Shown here: one piece after another, positions 1 through 9,400 of the stretch | Numbering within the stretch: the stretch's first letter is position 1 | Layout of the letters: each line of letters begins with the position of its first letter | Assembly (NCBI GenBank): GCA_963737905.1 | Contig: CAVTUQ010000039.1 | Location: forward strand, 82,800-146,799 | Reading direction: 5' to 3' | From: an uncultured delta proteobacterium | GTDB taxonomy: Bacteria; Desulfobacterota; Binatia; UBA9968 | Length of the DNA stretch: 64,000 nt | The notes under the pieces: model-generated | Database searches by the model: none | Seen by the model: the letters and a program-made list of their open reading frames with translations, nothing else | Told to the model about the DNA's origin: nothing | Made by a program: the position numbers and the translations under genes

Positions 1-1834
1 GGCGTTCCATGGCCGCGGTGATCTTGTCGCCCGGCTGGCGATAAAAATCTCCATCGCCCATGAGCCTGTGTAACTCCGACTGTTCCGCTTCCAAGGCTTC
101 GATTTTTGCCGGCAGTCCTTCCAGCTCCCGCTGTTCTTTGTATGAAGGTCGACGATTCCTATTGTTCCTTTTCTCCGCTACGGCGCCGGCAATGGCCCGC
201 GGCACGCTGGCATGTTTTGGCATTTCTTTCAGGGGCGCAGCCGGTCGCTGTCGCTTCCAATCCTCGTATCCACCGGCATATTCTCCCACCTTACCTTTTT
301 CCTCAAAAACCAAGGTGCTGGTCACAACGTTATCGAGAAAGGTCCGGTCATGGCTCACCAGCAGCAGCGTCCCTTGGTAATCTGCCAGCAGCTCTTCTAA
401 CAGTTCGAGTGTTTCTACATCCAGATCGTTGGTCGGCTCGTCCAGCACCAGCATGTTCGCCGATTGCGTAAAAATCTTTGCTAGCAACAAGCGATTACGC
501 TCGCCGCCGGACAACGCCTGCACCGGCGAGTCGATGCGCTGGGGCGGAAAGAGAAAGTCTTTCAGGTAGCCTATAACATGGCGGGACCGCCCCTGCACGG
601 TGACATAGTCGGAGCCATCGGTCATGTTCTCGCGTACCGTCTTCTCGGGATTTAATTCGCGACGGTGCTGGTCGAAGTAGGCCAGCTTCAGGCGGGTTCC
701 CATGGCGATCTCCCCGCTGGTGGGTGCTATTTCGCCCACGATCAGCTTGAGGAGTGTGCTTTTGCCGCAACCGTTGGGGCCGATAATCCCTATCCGATCG
801 CCGCGCAGGACCGTCGTCGATAGGTCGTGAATAATAACACGATCGCCATAAAGGAACCTGACTCGGCGCAAGTCGGCCACCAATTTACCGGATATTGCAC
901 CGGCGTCAAGGCCGAAGCGGACTGTGCCCTGAAATTCAAGGCGCTGGCTCCGCTCCCGGCGCATGGCCTGAAGGACTCTTACTCGCCCTTCGTTGCGTGT
1001 GCGCCGCGCCTTGATGCCCTGGCGAATCCACGCTTCTTCTTCCGCTAGCTTCCGATCGAAGTTAGCCGCCGCTCGGGCCTCGATCTCCAGCAGTTCCTCT
1101 TTTTTACTCAAGTAAGCCTCATAGTCTCCGGGAAAAGAATTTAACTTTCCTCGATCCAGTTCAACGATACGGGTGGCCAAATGTTTCAGCAGCATGCGAT
1201 CGTGGGTGATAAAGATCAACGCACCGTGGTAATCGAGTAAAAAATCTTCCAGCCACGTAATCGCAGTGATGTCGAGATGGTTGGTCGGCTCGTCCAACAG
1301 CAACAGATCGGGTTCGCTTACCAATGCCCGCGCCAGCATGGCCTGTCTTCGAATTCCGCCGGAACAGCTGGCAAGACGCTGGTCCGCAGGCAACCTCAAC
1401 CGGGTCAAGACCATCTCCACCTTCTGCCCGATGTTCCAGCCACCCAAAGCATCGATGCGCGCTTGCAACAGCGCCAGCCGCTGTAGTGACGTTCCCTCCC
1501 CCGCGCCGCCCACCTCGTCGGTCAACTGGTGATACTCCGTCAGCAACACGCCCAGTTCGCCCAGTCCTGCGGCCACCACTTCATAAATCGTCTCTTCCGT
1601 ATCCGGCGGCACCTCTTGCTCGAGATGCGCCACGCGCAGCGTATCCTCTCGCCAGATATCGCCTTCGTCCGGTGACGCCATCCCGGTAATCACCCGCAAC
1701 AATGTCGTCTTGCCGGCGCCGTTGCGACCGAGGAGACACACCCGCTCGCCCCGCTCGACTTGAAAATCAACATGGGCAAGCAACGGCAAATGGCCATAGG
1801 CCAGAGATATGTTATCGAGACGAAGGAGAGGCAT
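1..1834 (-). CDS. uup: ABC-F family ATPase Uup (3' end runs off the window)
   Basis: Absent from the ORF track because there is no stop in the window. Read from ATG 1834: MPLLRLDNISLAYGHLPLLAHVDFQVERGERVCLLGRNGAGKTT. Also LLLLDEPTNHLD, WIRQGIKARRTRNEGRV, a second Walker A GPNGCGKST and LSGGERNRLLLA. Confidence 0.92.
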   Translation of the reverse strand, partial: MPLLRLDNISLAYGHLPLLAHVDFQVERGERVCLLGRNGAGKTTLLRVITGMASPDEGDIWREDTLRVAHLEQEVPPDTEETIYEVVAAGLGELGVLLTEYHQLTDEVGGAGEGTSLQRLALLQARIDALGGWNIGQKVEMVLTRLRLPADQRLASCSGGIRRQAMLARALVSEPDLLLLDEPTNHLDITAITWLEDFLLDYHGALIFITHDRMLLKHLATRIVELDRGKLNSFPGDYEAYLSKKEELLEIEARAAANFDRKLAEEEAWIRQGIKARRTRNEGRVRVLQAMRRERSQRLEFQGTVRFGLDAGAISGKLVADLRRVRFLYGDRVIIHDLSTTVLRGDRIGIIGPNGCGKSTLLKLIVGEIAPTSGEIAMGTRLKLAYFDQHRRELNPEKTVRENMTDGSDYVTVQGRSRHVIGYLKDFLFPPQRIDSPVQALSGGERNRLLLAKIFTQSANMLVLDEPTNDLDVETLELLEELLADYQGTLLLVSHDRTFLDNVVTSTLVFEEKGKVGEYAGGYEDWKRQRPAAPLKEMPKHASVPRAIAGAVAEKRNNRNRRPSYKEQRELEGLPAKIEALEAEQSELHRLMGDGDFYRQPGDKITAAMER

Positions 1835-1951
1835 GAATAACTATGTACCGCAGGGATCGAGAATCGAGTGCCCTTTCCGGTTTCGAGTTTCAGGTTGAAC
1901 CGAGAACCCAGGTGGGCTTATGAAACCTACTAACGCGTGACTCGACGGCCG

Positions 1952-4360
1952 TTAGGGTACCGAACCCGCTGCAAGCGTCTCGCTGGAAGGAAAGTCTCCG
2001 GAAGATTCCGACTCCAAGGCCAGCGCCAGTGCCTCGTCGACCGTTTTTAAGAACTCGAAACGAATACCCTCGCGTGCCGCGGTCGGAATCTCCTCCATGT
2101 CCCGTCGATTCAATTCCGGGAGCAAGACACAAGAAATTCCGGCTGTCTTGGCTGCCAGCACTTTTTCCTTAATTCCTCCTACCGGCAACACCAACCCCCG
2201 AAGACTGATTTCGCCCGTCATCGCGACATCCTTGCTGATTCGTCGGCCGGTGAGAAGTGAGACGATAGCAACAAAAAGGGTGACTCCCGCGCTGGGCCCG
2301 TCTTTAGGTATGGCGCCTGCGGGGATATGGATGTGCAAATCGTTCTTCCGGAAGATTTCAGGGTTGATGCCGAGCGTTTCGGCGCGTGATTTGACAAGAC
2401 TCCACGCGGCTTGCGCGCTTTCTTTCATGACATCGCCGAGCTGACCCGTCAATTGCAACCTGCCGTCCCCGGGCATTTTAGTCGCTTCCACAAACAAGAT
2501 GTCCCCACCAAAAGGGGTCCATGCCAGGCCCGTGGCTACGCCGGGTAGACTGGTGCGTAGCGCGATCTCATTGAAGAACTTTTGCGGCCCGAGATATTCC
2601 CGGATCGATTCCTTATCGATTGTCGTCTTTTCCTTGAGCCCCTCCGCCACCCTGGTCGCGACGCCCCGACAGACAGTTCCTAGCTCCCGCTCAAGTTGAC
2701 GAACCCCGGCTTCACGCGTGTAGGATCGAATGATTTCGCGAATCGCATCGTCAGTAAAAGCGATGACATCGGTAGCCAGCCCATTTTCGGCAATCTGTCG
2801 AGGAATCAGATAATTTTTGGCGATCGCCAGTTTTTCCACCTCGATATAACCAGCCAATGGCAAGATTTCCATCCGATCGCGGAGAGGGGCCGGAATCGTA
2901 TCGAGCACATTCGCCGTCGCGATAAACAAGACTTGGCTCAAATCAAAAGGCACGGCAAGATAATGGTCTTGAAAAGTCGCGTTTTGCGAAGGGTCCAGGA
3001 CCTCCAGCAGCGCCGCCGATGGATCGCCGTGGAAACTGGCGCTGAGCTTATCGATTTCATCCAACATAAAGACGGGATTCTTGGTGCCCGCTTTCCGAAT
3101 TCCTTGAATAATATTTCCGGGAAGGGCACCGACATAAGTGCGCCTGTGCCCCCGGATCTCTGCTTCGTCGTGGACACCGCCAAGACTCTGGCGCACGAAT
3201 TTCCGGTTCATAGCCCGAGCGATGCTTTGCCCGAGGGACGTCTTGCCCACTCCGGGAGGACCGACAAAACACAAGATTGGGCTCTTCCCATGGGGCACGA
3301 GTTTACGAACTGCCAGAAATTCAACGATTCGCTTTTTTACTTTTTCCAAATCGTAATGATCCGCATCGAGAATTTCACGCGCTTTCGGAAGATCAATTTG
3401 TTCCTCGCTGGAAAGGCTCCAGGGAAGCTCCACCATCCAATCGAGATAAGTCCGTAGAGCTGAATATTCTGCGGCAATTTCGGGAATCCGCTCGAACCGA
3501 GTGAGCTCCCTGAGTACTTCCTTTTCCACCTCGGGCGGCATTTTTGCATCGTAGATTTTCTTACGCAGATCCTCGACTTCCTGGCTCTGGCCGTCTTCTT
3601 CGCCCAGCTCCTTTTGTATGGCCTTTAGCTGCTCGCGAAGGAAATACTGGCGTTGTGTCCGGTCCATCGATTCTTTAGTTTGCTCACCAATCTTTTTGCT
3701 CAGTTCCAGCAGCTCGATCTGATGCGCGAGCTTTTGTGAAACTTTTTCCGCGCGGGCGGCGGGGTCCAGAATCTCTAGAAGCTCCTGCTTCTCGGGAAGC
3801 GAGAAGTCCAATGTCGACGCGATCATGTCAATCAGCGACAAAGGATTTTCGATCCTTTCGATGGTGGTTTTTATTTCGTTCATCGGCTCAGGCAATAAGC
3901 TTAAAGCCTTCACGGCTTCCTGGCGCAGGTGCAAAATTCTCGCTTCGAATTGCTTCGATTGAGGTATCTTTTCTTCAATCAACGTCACGCGAGCTATAAA
4001 AAACGGATCCGTCTCGAGAAATTCGGCGATTTCAAAACGTTGGCGGCCCTGAATGATAATCTGGCGCTGGCCGTCAGGCAGACCGAACATGCGCAGTACA
4101 TCGGCGGAGGTGCCCACTCGAAACAGATCTTTCGAATGGGGTGCCTCTATCGCGGGATCTCGCTGGGCAATGAACCCCACAGAGAATTGTTGGCGGACCG
4201 CTTCCTCTATCGCTCGGACGCTAGCGGGGCGTCCAACCACCAGGGGCATAACCGTGGCGGGAAAGAGCACCGTGTTGCGCAGCGGCAGAATGACCAAGGC
4301 CCCGGCAGGAATAGTAAGGCGAGGTTTTGACTTAGGGGCTTCCTTCTCTTCTGCAGTCAT
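1952..4360 (-). CDS. lon: ATP-dependent protease La (Lon)
   Basis: LON N-domain (LPLRNTVLFP), Walker A GPPGVGKTS, RGHRRTYVGALPG, catalytic Ser motif PKDGPSAG and Lys in GGIKEK. Confidence 0.98.
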   Translation of the reverse strand: MTAEEKEAPKSKPRLTIPAGALVILPLRNTVLFPATVMPLVVGRPASVRAIEEAVRQQFSVGFIAQRDPAIEAPHSKDLFRVGTSADVLRMFGLPDGQRQIIIQGRQRFEIAEFLETDPFFIARVTLIEEKIPQSKQFEARILHLRQEAVKALSLLPEPMNEIKTTIERIENPLSLIDMIASTLDFSLPEKQELLEILDPAARAEKVSQKLAHQIELLELSKKIGEQTKESMDRTQRQYFLREQLKAIQKELGEEDGQSQEVEDLRKKIYDAKMPPEVEKEVLRELTRFERIPEIAAEYSALRTYLDWMVELPWSLSSEEQIDLPKAREILDADHYDLEKVKKRIVEFLAVRKLVPHGKSPILCFVGPPGVGKTSLGQSIARAMNRKFVRQSLGGVHDEAEIRGHRRTYVGALPGNIIQGIRKAGTKNPVFMLDEIDKLSASFHGDPSAALLEVLDPSQNATFQDHYLAVPFDLSQVLFIATANVLDTIPAPLRDRMEILPLAGYIEVEKLAIAKNYLIPRQIAENGLATDVIAFTDDAIREIIRSYTREAGVRQLERELGTVCRGVATRVAEGLKEKTTIDKESIREYLGPQKFFNEIALRTSLPGVATGLAWTPFGGDILFVEATKMPGDGRLQLTGQLGDVMKESAQAAWSLVKSRAETLGINPEIFRKNDLHIHIPAGAIPKDGPSAGVTLFVAIVSLLTGRRISKDVAMTGEISLRGLVLPVGGIKEKVLAAKTAGISCVLLPELNRRDMEEIPTAAREGIRFEFLKTVDEALALALESESSGDFPSSETLAAGSVP

Positions 4361-4788
4361 GAAAGTTTCCTCAACTCGATGATGAGCAGTCCGTCCTGAA
4401 GCGAAACTTCTCCGAGCGCTAAGGAGTGTCTTCCCTCGATCAGAGCCAGGCGCCGTTCGAAACGTCCAAGCGGGATCTCCCAGATCTTTAGTTCCCCGTC
4501 ATTGCAGCATTTCGGCAGGGGCCGTTCGCCGGCGATCACGAGTTCGCGTCCCTCCAACCGCACGTTCATACGATCAGCCGTGACTCCGGGTAGAGCTGAG
4601 ATCACCCACAAGCTTTCATCGGTCTCGACGACGTTTACAGGCGGTTCCCAAGCGGGGCTTCTGCCGTGAGAAGAACGATACTGAACACCCGCAGCAATTT
4701 GCAAAAAATTCCTGTGGATTCGCTCCACTTGTTGAAGCAGGTCATTGGCTCGGTGCCACATCACAATATCCCAATGCCGGGACGCCAT
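4357..4788 (-). CDS. Small heat-shock protein, Hsp20/alpha-crystallin family
   Basis: WEPPVNVVET...LPGV...LVIAGER...EIPLGRFERRL...DGLLIIEL. ATG at 4788 preferred over the track start (4797). The stop overlaps the lon start (ATGA). Confidence 0.92.
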   Translation of the reverse strand: MASRHWDIVMWHRANDLLQQVERIHRNFLQIAAGVQYRSSHGRSPAWEPPVNVVETDESLWVISALPGVTADRMNVRLEGRELVIAGERPLPKCCNDGELKIWEIPLGRFERRLALIEGRHSLALGEVSLQDGLLIIELRKLS

Positions 4789-4844
4789 ATCAATCAACCC
4801 TCAAGTCAAGAATAAAGTAATTCTCTATCAGACACTCATTCAAA

Positions 4845-4873
4845 AGCCTAGGATTCGAGAGCCGCGTTGTCAA
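4845..4873 (-). promoter_or_regulatory. Sigma70-type promoter for Hsp20-lon
   Basis: Minus strand TTGACA-N17-TAGGCT, about 55 nt upstream of the Hsp20 ATG. Confidence 0.55.
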
Positions 4874-4999
4874 GAAAGTGAACCCAAAGAGTGACAAAAA
4901 TGTCAGCCTGTCAACGCCATGGCAATCCGGGTGACAGCCGCGATTTGTACAATTCCAAATTTTCCCCAAATGACCGTATGGCGTGAGAGCGGGTGTGGG

Positions 5000-5014
5000 T
5001 GGCTTGATTCTTGC
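5000..5014 (+). promoter_or_regulatory. Sigma54 (-24/-12) promoter
   Basis: TGGCTTGATTCTTGC has exact GG-N10-GC spacing, upstream of ORF 5094-5330. TGACA/TGTCA inverted repeats at 4891-4938 could be an enhancer. Confidence 0.55.
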
Positions 5015-5093
5015 CCTCTAAGTTTAAGGCTTGGGTTGGTGACGCTCAAAAACTGGCCCCAGCCCCACGAAAGAACGAAGCCGACCCAGAAAA

Positions 5094-5330
5094 ATGATTT
5101 ACCTAGCTACTTACCATAAAAAAAGTGAGTTTCGGCCACTCTGCCAGAAGTCTAGAAGGCTGATCTTTATCGAAGCCGAAGCTAGGCTAGCCCTCGATAA
5201 GGTTATAGCACTGGTTAGAAACCTTACAGAAGGCAACTTCGAAGAATCAAGCGTTGAGATCATTGGTCAAAAGGCCTGGGACGCCGCAAAGATAAAGCAT
5301 CCGCGAATCAAATTCTACAAACTGGATTGA
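5094..5330 (+). CDS. Hypothetical small protein (78 aa)
   Basis: ATG-started ORF in intergenic space, downstream of a sigma54 motif. No recognised domain. Confidence 0.5.
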   Translation: MIYLATYHKKSEFRPLCQKSRRLIFIEAEARLALDKVIALVRNLTEGNFEESSVEIIGQKAWDAAKIKHPRIKFYKLD

Positions 5331-5386
5331 AAAAGAGCAGGAGTGACGAATGTCCTTGGAGGAGAGCCCTGCATCGAAAAAAAATC

Positions 5387-5415
5387 TTGACAGCGACTTA
5401 TAAACGACCGATAAT
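5387..5415 (+). promoter_or_regulatory. Sigma70-type promoter
   Basis: TTGACA-N17-GATAAT preceded by an A-tract (UP-element-like). Confidence 0.6.
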
Positions 5416-5745
5416 TTGTGTCCATAACTCTCCCATCGGTGACACGACAGCGAGCCTACAGGAAACTCCTACCCGTTAGGAAAGGCGAGTTAGCTCTCAA
5501 TTGTTTGCAGGTGTCAATAAAACGTCACCGAATGTCAAGAAAAAAATCATTCAAAAGCTCATTTGTTCCTTTCAGGAACCTATGGATCTAAGTTGAGTCA
5601 ACGCTTCGTTGGATCGACGTATTTGGCTTATGAACGATTGCGCACCGCCCATCCAAACACAAACATTCGAGCAGATTTTGGATCTATAGCCTTTTGAATT
5701 GCGCCCCTCACAGCGGGCGACACGGGAGGATAATCAAGAAGGTCT

Positions 5746-6135
5746 ATGAATGCCATGATTGTGGAAAACATAATAAGCTGGTTTCTGTTCGCTCTGGCCT
5801 CTACGTGCACCTTATCATTTGCATCTACCGTTTATGATAACTTTCTCAGCTGGAAACGACGGGAGCGCGACAGAAAGGCAACAACGAGGATTGTCTCTCT
5901 TGCAGATTCAAAGCCGAGCCCGCTCCTGATGGAACATTCGTTGCCCCGTGGCTATGATAGTCCCGAACTCTTCCGCGAGGATCTATGGATTCGAAGGATA
6001 GAGCATAGCCGTCGGGAACATGCCGCGATGGCGGCGTCACTCCCACAAGTGAAAGCGGGTCTCGGAGCTTCTGAAGACTATTCCAGGCGACTCTGTGAGA
6101 TGCTGGCTCACCACGCAAGGACCCGGCCCCGATAA
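5746..6135 (+). CDS. Hypothetical protein with N-terminal transmembrane helix
   Basis: Hydrophobic IISWFLFALASTCTLSFASTVY followed by basic KRRERDRK (positive-inside). Purine-rich RBS-like sequence upstream. Confidence 0.55.
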   Translation: MNAMIVENIISWFLFALASTCTLSFASTVYDNFLSWKRRERDRKATTRIVSLADSKPSPLLMEHSLPRGYDSPELFREDLWIRRIEHSRREHAAMAASLPQVKAGLGASEDYSRRLCEMLAHHARTRPR

Positions 6136-6468
6136 TCGTTTGGTTGTTATTCGTAAGTGATTATTCTTTGCGGGTGACCCCACCCGTGACCTCCACACTC
6201 CGCCTTCATTTTAGCTAGCAAAGCACCGTCAGCGCGTTCTTTTTTCCTGACGTCATTCATGTTTCCCGGGTAATGAGAAGCTAAGCCCTCGGGCGATTAT
6301 CCTCGCACACCAATTCCCATTGCAGCAAACTCTCGGATATGAAAATCTCAGGAAGCTTAAGATCGAGCCTAGTTTTTGATGCCCTTTCTGCTTCCGGATT
6401 ATGCCTTTCATTTCGACTCTTCGATAATATTGGGTGTGTTCTAAAGCCGACATTGTAAGGAGGCCAAC

Positions 6469-7542
6469 ATGTCTGTCGATTTTGTCACCAACCAGGAGAT
6501 CATCCTCGCAGCGCGCCGAAATCTCACGCAAAACGTGTGGAACTACCTTTGTGGTGGGGCCGAGTCTGAAACAACGATGCGTCGGAACCGCTTTGGGCTA
6601 GATAGCTTGGCCTTTCGGCCACGGGTCCTTGTCGACGTTTCCAAGATCGATACCTCGACGACCTTCCTTGGACACAGACTGAGAGTTCCGGTTATGTTGG
6701 CGCCGATCGGATCACTGCAAGTGATTACGCCGGAGGGTGGAGTGGCCGTCGCCAGGGCGGCTGAAGAGTTTGGGACAATCAACTTCGTCAGTTCCGTGAC
6801 TCAACCGAGCCTAGAGGAAATCGCGGCTGCCGGCCGCAGTCCCAAGGTCTTTCAGCTCTACGTGCAGGGTGACTTGAAGTGGATCGAGAACCTCCTCCTT
6901 CGCGTTAGCAAGGCTGGTTATGCAGCGCTCTGCCTAACCGTGGATACCGCACACTATGGTCACCGCGAGCGTCAAATGATGGATCGTTGGTTGCCGCCGA
7001 GTCGGCGCGGCTCAGGTTATGAGTATCGCGCCGCCCTCACGTGGGAGACCCTGGATGCGATTAAAGAAATGGCAAATCTGCCGTTCATTTTGAAGGGTAT
7101 AGCAACAGCCGAAGACGCAGCCATCGCAGTCCAACACGGCGTCAACACAATCTATGTCTCCAATCATGGGGGACGCCAACTGGACCACGGGAAAGCGACA
7201 ATCGAGATGCTGCCAGAGATTGTGCAGGCGGTTGACGGTAAAGCGCAGATCGTGCTGGACGGCGGCATCATGCGCGGCAGCGATGTTCTAAAGGCCATTG
7301 CTTTGGGTGCAACGGCTGTGAGCATCGGCAAGCTCCAGGGCTGGGGATTAGCGGCGGCCGGTCAAGCGGGTCTGGTCCGTGTTCTTGAATTACTAGAGAG
7401 CGAGATTACCACGACCATGGGACTCCTCGGCGTCACCCGTCTCAATCAACTTACTTCCATTCATTTGTGTAAGGTGCAACCCTTGGGGCCAACTCATGAA
7501 ATGAGTGCGTTTATCCATATGCCGGGTGGGCAACTCCTATAA
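6469..7542 (+). CDS. FMN-dependent alpha-hydroxy-acid oxidase/dehydrogenase (LldD/glycolate oxidase family)
   Basis: FRPRVLVDVS, FQLYV, LTVD, ILKGI, SNHGGRQLD, DGGIMRGSDVLKAIALGA; RBS AAGGAGG. Confidence 0.95.
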   Translation: MSVDFVTNQEIILAARRNLTQNVWNYLCGGAESETTMRRNRFGLDSLAFRPRVLVDVSKIDTSTTFLGHRLRVPVMLAPIGSLQVITPEGGVAVARAAEEFGTINFVSSVTQPSLEEIAAAGRSPKVFQLYVQGDLKWIENLLLRVSKAGYAALCLTVDTAHYGHRERQMMDRWLPPSRRGSGYEYRAALTWETLDAIKEMANLPFILKGIATAEDAAIAVQHGVNTIYVSNHGGRQLDHGKATIEMLPEIVQAVDGKAQIVLDGGIMRGSDVLKAIALGATAVSIGKLQGWGLAAAGQAGLVRVLELLESEITTTMGLLGVTRLNQLTSIHLCKVQPLGPTHEMSAFIHMPGGQLL

Positions 7543-7710
7543 TGCTCGGAGCCTATTCCATCGAACCTTTTACGGAATAAAATCTCTTGACACATGTCCC
7601 ACCCGTTTACTATATGCGATTACATCAGCAGCAAAGTAAGTCTTTCCGAGAACGAAACTTGCTGCGAGTTGAGGGAAGACATCCGAGCAGGCCGTTCACT
7701 GCAGGGGATT

Positions 7711-7944
7711 ATGATGGGGTTTCGAATTCTTTTTGATGAAGACAAGCTGAAACAGGGAATCTACCAACAAGAAGACGACCTTCTCTCACAAAGCAACGGC
7801 GTGGGGTGGCCGAAGGGCACCTGGTTTCAGAAACGTCTCCGCCAAGTCAGACAACAGCAACGAAGAAAACTCGCGGAAACCGACTTCGTATACGAATGCG
7901 CCTTGGGTACGATTATCGTTCGACAATCGAACGGCAGGGACTAG
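7711..7944 (+). CDS. Hypothetical small protein (77 aa) with WPxxTWFxxRL motif
   Basis: ATG at 7711 after GGGGA, with a TTGACA promoter candidate at 7587. Motif shared with ORF 11928-12119. Confidence 0.62.
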   Translation: MMGFRILFDEDKLKQGIYQQEDDLLSQSNGVGWPKGTWFQKRLRQVRQQQRRKLAETDFVYECALGTIIVRQSNGRD

Positions 7945-8352
7945 ACTAACCCGAATTTCCAGCTCTCAAGCCACAACGATTTCAATGTAACGATGAAGGT
8001 CATCGGCGGATAGACCCGTGAGCCGAGCCTAGATCCTGGAAAAATTTTTCGCAGACCCGGTTCCCGACCTGCAGCGCGTTTCCGACGTCCAGGAAGCCTC
8101 GGCGCGCGCCGTGGAGGGCGATGCAAGCTCTGGGTCCGTCGCTTCCGAAAGTCGATCCAAAAACTCTTTTACGAAGGCTCAGAGTCTGAAGGTTTCTTGG
8201 ACAAAACTAAGCTCCGCTAACCTTTGCGTGCCACGCAATGGCCCGTAATTGCGAGTTGCCGGGTTGAACAACTATGTCCAACGTGGGCCTAACTACGGTT
8301 GACAGACCACTGAAAACTGCCTTTTTTGTAGCTAATTTGCATCGGTCCTAAT

Positions 8353-8368
8353 CGGCATGTCCCTTGCG
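8353..8368 (+). promoter_or_regulatory. Sigma54 (-24/-12) promoter
   Basis: CGGCATGTCCCTTGCG (GG-N10-GC), about 37 nt before ATG 8405. Confidence 0.6.
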
Positions 8369-8404
8369 TCCCCGGAAGTTTTACGCCAATCAAGGAGGAT
8401 TGCC

Positions 8405-9202
8405 ATGACGAGAATGGTATCTAGGTGCTTGTTACTCTTCTTCTTGGTTTTGGGATGCACGTTGAAAAAAGAAGAGGCTCAGGCGCCAAAGGTTCCGGAG
8501 CCGACGCCCGCTCCGATCTCATCGACTCCTGTGGAGCCCCAAGCAAGCCCAGTAGCAACGCCCGCAAACCCAACGTTCACCAAAGAGGACATCCGGATGT
8601 TGCAAGCGCGACTGAAAGCGGCCGGCTTTTACGTGGGACCCATCGATGGGATACCCGGGCCGAAGACCAGATCCGGGATCCTTCGGCTGCAAGCAGCATG
8701 CGGGAGCCTCAAGGACCTGTTAGAAAATTCTGCGGCGGGAAATCAAACAGGGAAACTGGATAGTACGGGCAATAGTCGAAAGAGCGAAGACATCCGTCTG
8801 ATCCAAGTACGACTGAAGGATGCCGGTTTCGACCCGGGTCCGATCGATGGGGTTTCGGGATCTAAAACGACAGCGGCGATTCTACGCTTTGAAGCGGGCT
8901 GCACGATGCTTAAAAATTTGCCGCCGCATTTGGATGAGGCACCTCAAACCGCCGACAAAGCAATATCTCTCACTCGGGCGGAGATGCGCTATCCGACCGC
9001 AGCAAAATCGATCGGATTTGGCTCCGATACGGTGAGTGCGAGTGGAAATCAAACTCTCAGCAGCGAAAAGATTCGGCAAGAACAATTGCGCTTGAGGGAC
9101 GCGGGCTTTGACCCGGGTCCGATCGACGGGATTCTAGGACCTAAAACCAAAGCAGCCATGCAGCGATATCAAAAGTCGCTCGCACTGAAAAATCCACGCT
9201 AA
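8405..9202 (+). CDS. Lipoprotein with three peptidoglycan-binding (PG_binding_1) domains
   Basis: RBS AAGGAGG, lipobox LVLGC, Pro-rich linker, and three repeats of QxRLxxAGFxxGPIDGxxGxKTxxxI/M. Confidence 0.88.
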   Translation: MTRMVSRCLLLFFLVLGCTLKKEEAQAPKVPEPTPAPISSTPVEPQASPVATPANPTFTKEDIRMLQARLKAAGFYVGPIDGIPGPKTRSGILRLQAACGSLKDLLENSAAGNQTGKLDSTGNSRKSEDIRLIQVRLKDAGFDPGPIDGVSGSKTTAAILRFEAGCTMLKNLPPHLDEAPQTADKAISLTRAEMRYPTAAKSIGFGSDTVSASGNQTLSSEKIRQEQLRLRDAGFDPGPIDGILGPKTKAAMQRYQKSLALKNPR

Positions 9203-9228
9203 CTATCGACACACCGGCTCCCGAGCCT

Positions 9229-9354
9229 CTACATGGCCAGGCTTAGGAAGTAGGAACGATCGATGAAAACTACGATGCGCATGAGCGCGTAAAGCATCGC
9301 CATGTATCCACAAAGAAGCCCGGCGATCGTCATCGAGACAAACAGCCTATACAT
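9229..9354 (-). CDS. Small hydrophobic protein (41 aa)
   Basis: MYRLFVSMTIAGLLCGYMAMLYALMRIVVFIDRSYFLSLAM, with RBS GGAGG and a sigma54 site upstream. Below the ORF-track cutoff. Confidence 0.6.
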   Translation of the reverse strand: MYRLFVSMTIAGLLCGYMAMLYALMRIVVFIDRSYFLSLAM

Positions 9355-9400
9355 ATGAAGTTCCTCCGTTTGGTTGCTCAGGTATCGCTAAACTACAAGC

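Noticed and set aside
4789-4880. CIRCE or HAIR heat-shock operator before Hsp20-lon
   Set aside because: No TTAGCACTC-N9-GAGTGCTAA or CTTGAGT-N7-ACTCAAG match; only a partial CTTGAG half-site.
5624-5641. Additional sigma54 sites (TGGC...TTGC at 5624; also 8239 and 9484)
   Set aside because: GG-to-GC spacing is 13 or 9 nt, or the GC is missing; sigma54 needs exactly 10.
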